Positions 51,234-56,145 of a stretch of 56,145 nucleotides of DNA are shown here, in pieces. The position numbers were made by a program, and so were the translations under genes. This DNA is from Chiloscyllium plagiosum (Eukaryota), in contig NC_057719.1 of NCBI RefSeq assembly GCF_004010195.1, positions 74,364,520 through 74,420,664 on the forward strand. Direction: 5' to 3'. The notes beneath the pieces were generated by a model. It made no database searches. It was given only the letters and a program-made list of their open reading frames with translations, and had not been told where the DNA came from. Positions within the stretch are counted from its first letter, which is position 1. Each line of letters starts with the position of its first letter.

Positions 51234-51630
51234 GATTAGACTAGATTCCCTACAGTGTGGAAACAGACCATTTGGCCCAACAAGTCCACACTGATCCTCT
51301 GAAGAGTAACCCACCCAGATCTATTTCCCTACATTTACACCTGACCAATGCAACAATAAGACCATAAGACAGAGGAGTGGAAGTAAGGCCATTCGGCCCA
51401 TCGAGTCCACTCTGCCATTCAATCATGGCTGATGAGCATTTCAACTCCACTTACCCGCATTCTCCCCGTAGCCCTTAATTTAGCATGGCCAGTTCACCTT
51501 TGGGTTGTGGGAGGAAACCCACGCAGACACTGGGAGAATGTGCAAACTCTACACAGACAGTTGCCCGAGGTGGGAATCAAACCTGGGTCCGTAGTGCTGT
51601 GAAGCAGCAGTGCTAACCACTGTGCTGCCC
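51234..51630 (-). mobile_element. HE1-like V-SINE interrupted by a CR1 3' end (~51353-51478)
   Basis: SINE tail and head flank a (ataagacc)-tailed CR1 end. Confidence 0.8.
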
Positions 51631-53658
51631 AAACTTTTATCAGTTTGTTCTGAGGAAGTTTGAAAAGACAAACGTTTCAACAGGAAGCAAGACTAGTTCT
51701 ATACTTATTGACCAAATTATACGACTTGTGTTGGAATGGCTTTTGATTGCAGATACAGATTGGTTGTTCTCTATTGTTTACAAATGTAGAATGCTTGATC
51801 AACTTTCCATACATTGTTGCCTTGGCCAAGAGTAATGAGAAATTCTTTTTGAAACTTTTAAGCAAAATATTCTCATTGATTAGTTCAGAAAATCTGTTAA
51901 TAAGGAAGGAGGATGTGTACATTTTCTTGTAAATTTGTCATTATTCAGCAATCCAGTAGTGGAAGAAATATAATTGAAGGAAAAAAAATGGATAACTTTT
52001 AAATTGGAGGAAGCAAAATTAGTATCTTAATTCTTAGATTTTAGTTATTTTTATATTAGGTTCAAAGTGGTTATTTCAAAACCAATTTCAAAATGGTTAG
52101 TTGTGCTATGGGAAGCTGTCAACTGAAGATGCAGGATTTAGTAAGATCCTCCTATAATAAATTGAATCCATACACAACGAGATTCCAGTTGTAGCCTGGA
52201 GAAAACAAGAATATATAAAATTGAGACTACTGCTATAATTAGAGGTTTGAGTAACTAGAAGAGTTAGAGCTTCTTGCTTTCTTTTTTGATTTATTGATGT
52301 TAGAAAATATTTTTTCCCTTATTTCTAGAACTGCTCTCAGCACTTAGTTAGTCATCCTTGAGGTGAATATTTTTAACTTCTAGGACATCTGACTTTGGCT
52401 GTATTGTGCAGTCATATCAGCGATACACGAGTACCAATTTCTGTCAAGGAAATTCTAAACTCGCGCAGTGAATAAAAATGTTAAGTTAGAATGCTCCTTG
52501 TAGATTTTCATTGAAAAGCTACAGGTCACATGAGGAACAGGATACTTATTTCTGTTGGTGTTGAATGGGCATTTTTTTATGGGATAAATGTATTATTGAT
52601 ACAAATAAATCTACCTGGCAAAGTTCAATCTATTTATGCCTCTGTTGTTCTCTCCCATGCTCATAATCTGTCACTAAACACTAGACTGAGGGGCAGTCAA
52701 CTTTGATTGGTAATGTCAAAGGGTTCTTGTGACGCAGTAACACTGTCCCTATTTCTGGGCGACAGGACCTAGCTTCAAGTATCACCTCCTTCAGAGATGT
52801 GTCACAATGCCTGAACTTTGGAAAAAACTGGGAATTCATTGTGACAGTTCTGGTAGAATACTTGTGGCTTATTGTGATATACTAATTGACTGATTGTGTG
52901 ACATTTAATGTCTTCTAATGCACTATAATCAGCTTTACAGCCTGAGGTGTTCACAAATAAATAAGCTAATGAATATCCTGTTGTAGATCAAAATATTTTC
53001 TGATACTGTGTTCACTGTACAGAATAGGTATGTTTGCATTGCATCCAGAAATCTTTGAGTATCTAACATGTCTTGAAGATTTTATTTCTGTTCCTAATTT
53101 TATTTGCATTAAGATTCTCACTTTTTAAATATGTTTTCGATGATGCTAAAGTTAATATTTGGAAGGGGAGATTGTGATTGGTGGGCAGTGAAATTCGAGA
53201 ATTATGAAAGATTTATGATTTTGGCACATTAATTGAAATAATGAAATAAAAGTCAGGAAACTCTAAACCTGCAACACTGGATTCCAGTGATTTCAATCCC
53301 AGCGTGAAAGGGTTGACTTGAAATTCCTGAAGGCGTTTTGCTAGCTCTCAACCAGTGAATTTGAGGACAATATGAATTCTTGCATTATCAGTTGAGCTTC
53401 TGTTTCTGGACAAATCTGCAATCGGTTAATTGTGGTGTGAAAAGATCTTGCTGCTTAATCAACGTGCAGAGTTCACATGTCTGAGCAGAAGTTGTTTTTC
53501 TCTGAAAACATTGGTTCCTTGTCTGAGGCAGATGGGTTCATTACAGATTTCTAAACAACAGAAACTTGTGGCAAAGATAAAAGTGCATTAATAATCAGAA
53601 TTTGTACAGGTGGGTAGTATGCTAGGATTTCTTGTAACCCCCTGTGTTCTTCTTGTAG

Positions 53659-53872
53659 CTCCTTGCTCCGTTATGGAGGAAAACTTCCTATGCAGAGTGC
53701 CATGAGTGTCCGCTTCAATAGTAGTGGGACCCAGCTGTTGGCACTGCGGCGTCGCCTCCCTCCAGTATTATATGACATTCATTCGCCACAGTCTGTGTTT
53801 GAGTTTGATAACCAAGGATATTTCAATTCCTGCACTATGAAGAGCTGTTGCTTTGCAGGAGACCGTGATCAA
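53659..53872 (+). CDS. DCAF5: DCAF5 coding exon (probably exon 6), 214 bp
   Basis: Acceptor ttcttcttgtag, donor CAA|gtaagt. Encodes (S)SLLRYGGKLPMQSAMSVRFNSSGTQLLALRRRLPPVLYDIHSPQSVFEFDNQGYFNSCTMKSCCFAGDRDQ. Confidence 0.96.
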
Positions 53873-54594
53873 GTAAGTAAACACCATTTAAAAGGAATGA
53901 TTGGAAAAGTAGCTTTTAGCTACTTACATTGTCATCCAGGGTCTGAGAGACCTTAAGAGTAAGCTGATTGCTCACCATTGAATGAAATTATATTAAGAAT
54001 TGCTGAGTCGAGTTATGTGTCCATAAATAAAGGTGATATACTGAGCTGTTTTAGGCAACGTATCATATTGTTCAGTAGTCTGTTAAACCATATGACCAGT
54101 AGCAAGAAGAAATTGTCATATTTTTAAAAAAATTGACATTAACAATGGGGGTAACTAAGAGCTGTGCTATACCAGGATTTGGAAACCTTTTCCATGGAGG
54201 TAAAATGCCTATTTCTTTTTGCATTTCTTGGACATATTTCCCTGGCATTCATACGAGACTATGTTGTTTCTGTTATTCAGTGCAGCAGTATGTTTGGAAT
54301 GTCTGGTGGACTTGTTATATTTTTATTTGCCTACGTAGTGAGAGCTTTGCCTTTATGGATGAGCTCATAGACTTGAGATTTTGTTAAATATAGTTACTGG
54401 CAAGACCTTTTGAGTATTGTGTGCAGTGTCTGTTAAAATACTTTAGTTCTCTTCCTTTGAGTAAATGGGAATAAAACAAAAATTAATGTTCTTTAACAAG
54501 TTGAGTGGTAAATTAGACTTTAACAGGGTGGGTGTGTTTGGATTAGCATTACTGTTCATGATAAGAATCAGCAGAGGTGAAATGTAGATTGTAG

Positions 54595-54790
54595 GGTGGG
54601 GGTTCATTTAGCTGGATGGTTAGTTCGCAGTGCAGAGTGATGCCAGTAGTGTGACTTCATTTCCTGCACTGGCTGAGATTGTCCTTCTCAATCTCTCCCC
54701 TCGCCTGAGGCATGGAGACCCACAGGTTAAACCACCATTAGTCACCAGTCTCTAATGAGAGGCAAGTCCAGAAGAACTATGGCAACTTTA
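54595..54790 (+). mobile_element. tRNA-like SINE
   Basis: Degenerate A/B-box head; similar to 22110-22310. Confidence 0.45.
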
Positions 54791-55646
54791 ATTGTGGATT
54801 ATACTTCAGGTAGTAACTGAGCATATTGCTCAGCATGTAAATTGCAACATGCTTACAGATTGTTGGAATGCTGGTGAAAGTTTCCATTTGAGTTAAAAGT
54901 ATGCTATTGCACCTTACTGATATCCCACATTCACATGTAGACTTGTGGAGGTGCTGGCCAAAGTTTCAGTTGCCCTGAGATTGCAGTCATACATAATGAT
55001 GGATTTTTGTGTATCATTGAATATGAAATTCCTGTTATATCAGCATTTAAATGGCCATTTAATATTTGGAAATTTTAATTCAAAGCCATTGAAATGTGAT
55101 TGGTATGCCTGTTAAAATGACACTATTTTTCTTTTGAAAAACTATTGTCCCTCGACATTGAATTCTAAAACAACTATGTGTCATATGAATTGTTTGACAA
55201 TATGCATTTGCTGTTTTTCTTTAGCAGAAGTGCTGTCACTTCAGAATTTTCCATTGTAATTAAGCCAGTTTTTATTCACGCTGCTAAAACTGAACATTTT
55301 TCACTTTGTTCTCTTTAAGTGTACTGTGTTTGTATCATTTTTCGTTGTTAATGATATAAGATGACAGTATTTTTTATTTATTTTAAAGACACCCATAACA
55401 CCCTCCCTCAGCTCCAGCAAGTACAAGGACTTCAGGAACTTTATTGCAATGAAGATTACAAACAGCAGCTCAGCTGCCTTTTCCACTTCCTATTCCTTCA
55501 CTAATTCTCAATCCATTGTATTCCTTCCCCTTTATCACACACCCTTTGAAAGTTCCTACTATTAACATTTAACTGTACCGCTGTATCAGTTTAACACAAA
55601 TTGTCATTGAAAAAACCTGTGCTGGCTGGTTTTTTTATATTAAATA

Positions 55647-56145
55647 GGAGAAAGTGAGGACTGCAGATCAGAGCTGAAAAATGTGTTGCTGTAAAAGCGC
55701 AGCAGGTCAGGCAGCATCCAAGGAGCAGGAGAATCGATGTTTCGGGCATAAGCCCTTCTTCAGGAATGAGGAAGATGAGCCAAGCAGGCTAAGATAAAAG
55801 GCAGGAAGGAGGAACTTGGGGGAGGGGTGTTGGGAATGCGATAGGTGGAAGGAGGTTAAGGTGAGGGTGAGAGGCCAGAGAGGGGGTGGGGGCGGAGAGG
55901 TCGAGAAGAAGATTGCAGGTCAAGAAGGCGGTGCTGAGTCCGAGGTTTGGAACTGGCCTCTTACCCGCCCTCGATCTCTTCAAACCTATCCACCTCTCTT
56001 ACCCACTCCAACCTCTCACCCTCGCAACGTGCAGCCCTCCACTCCCTCCGCACCAACCCCAACCTCACTATCAAACCAGCAGACAAGGGAGGCGTGGTAG
56101 TAGTTTGGCGCATCGATCTTTACACTGCTGAGGCTAAACGCCAGC
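55647..56145. mobile_element. PLE: antisense pLTR (55647-~55955) joined to a sense ORF fragment; runs off the window
   Basis: pLTR highly similar to 20755-21004; LLPALDLF and LTIKPADKGGVVVVW on the + strand. Confidence 0.88.

Noticed and set aside
55205..55320. Acceptor-like tttttctttagcag as the next DCAF5 exon
   Set aside because: Does not encode the expected YILSGSDDF-type continuation and has no convincing donor.

Overview
Eukaryotic, repeat-rich vertebrate DNA, most likely from a shark (inferred from HE1-type V-SINEs and elasmobranch-type CR1 elements). The only host gene I can support is DCAF5 (WDR22, a DDB1-CUL4 substrate receptor) on the + strand. Five internal coding exons (11476-11619, 33704-33740, 35172-35308, 37274-37403, 53659-53872) splice in frame into the WD40 region; the first and later exons lie outside the window. 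The intron after exon 35172-35308 needs a non-canonical GC donor. The introns hold CR1 LINEs, SINEs, Gypsy remnants, two solo LTRs, a Tigger-like MITE and many Penelope-like elements (PLEs) with minimal hammerhead-ribozyme cores. Five PLE insertions share one architecture: full end, shorter inverted arm, 31-38 nt unpaired tail and a 10-15 bp target-site duplication (TSD). The most notable is a 4.67 kb block (20755-25426) with near-identical inverted arms and a 12 bp TSD that splits a CR1 and encloses about 2.45 kb of non-PLE genomic cargo, a candidate PLE-mediated DNA transduction. A 162-N assembly gap lies inside that block. Repeat family names come from motif recognition, not database searches, and most repeat boundaries are approximate.
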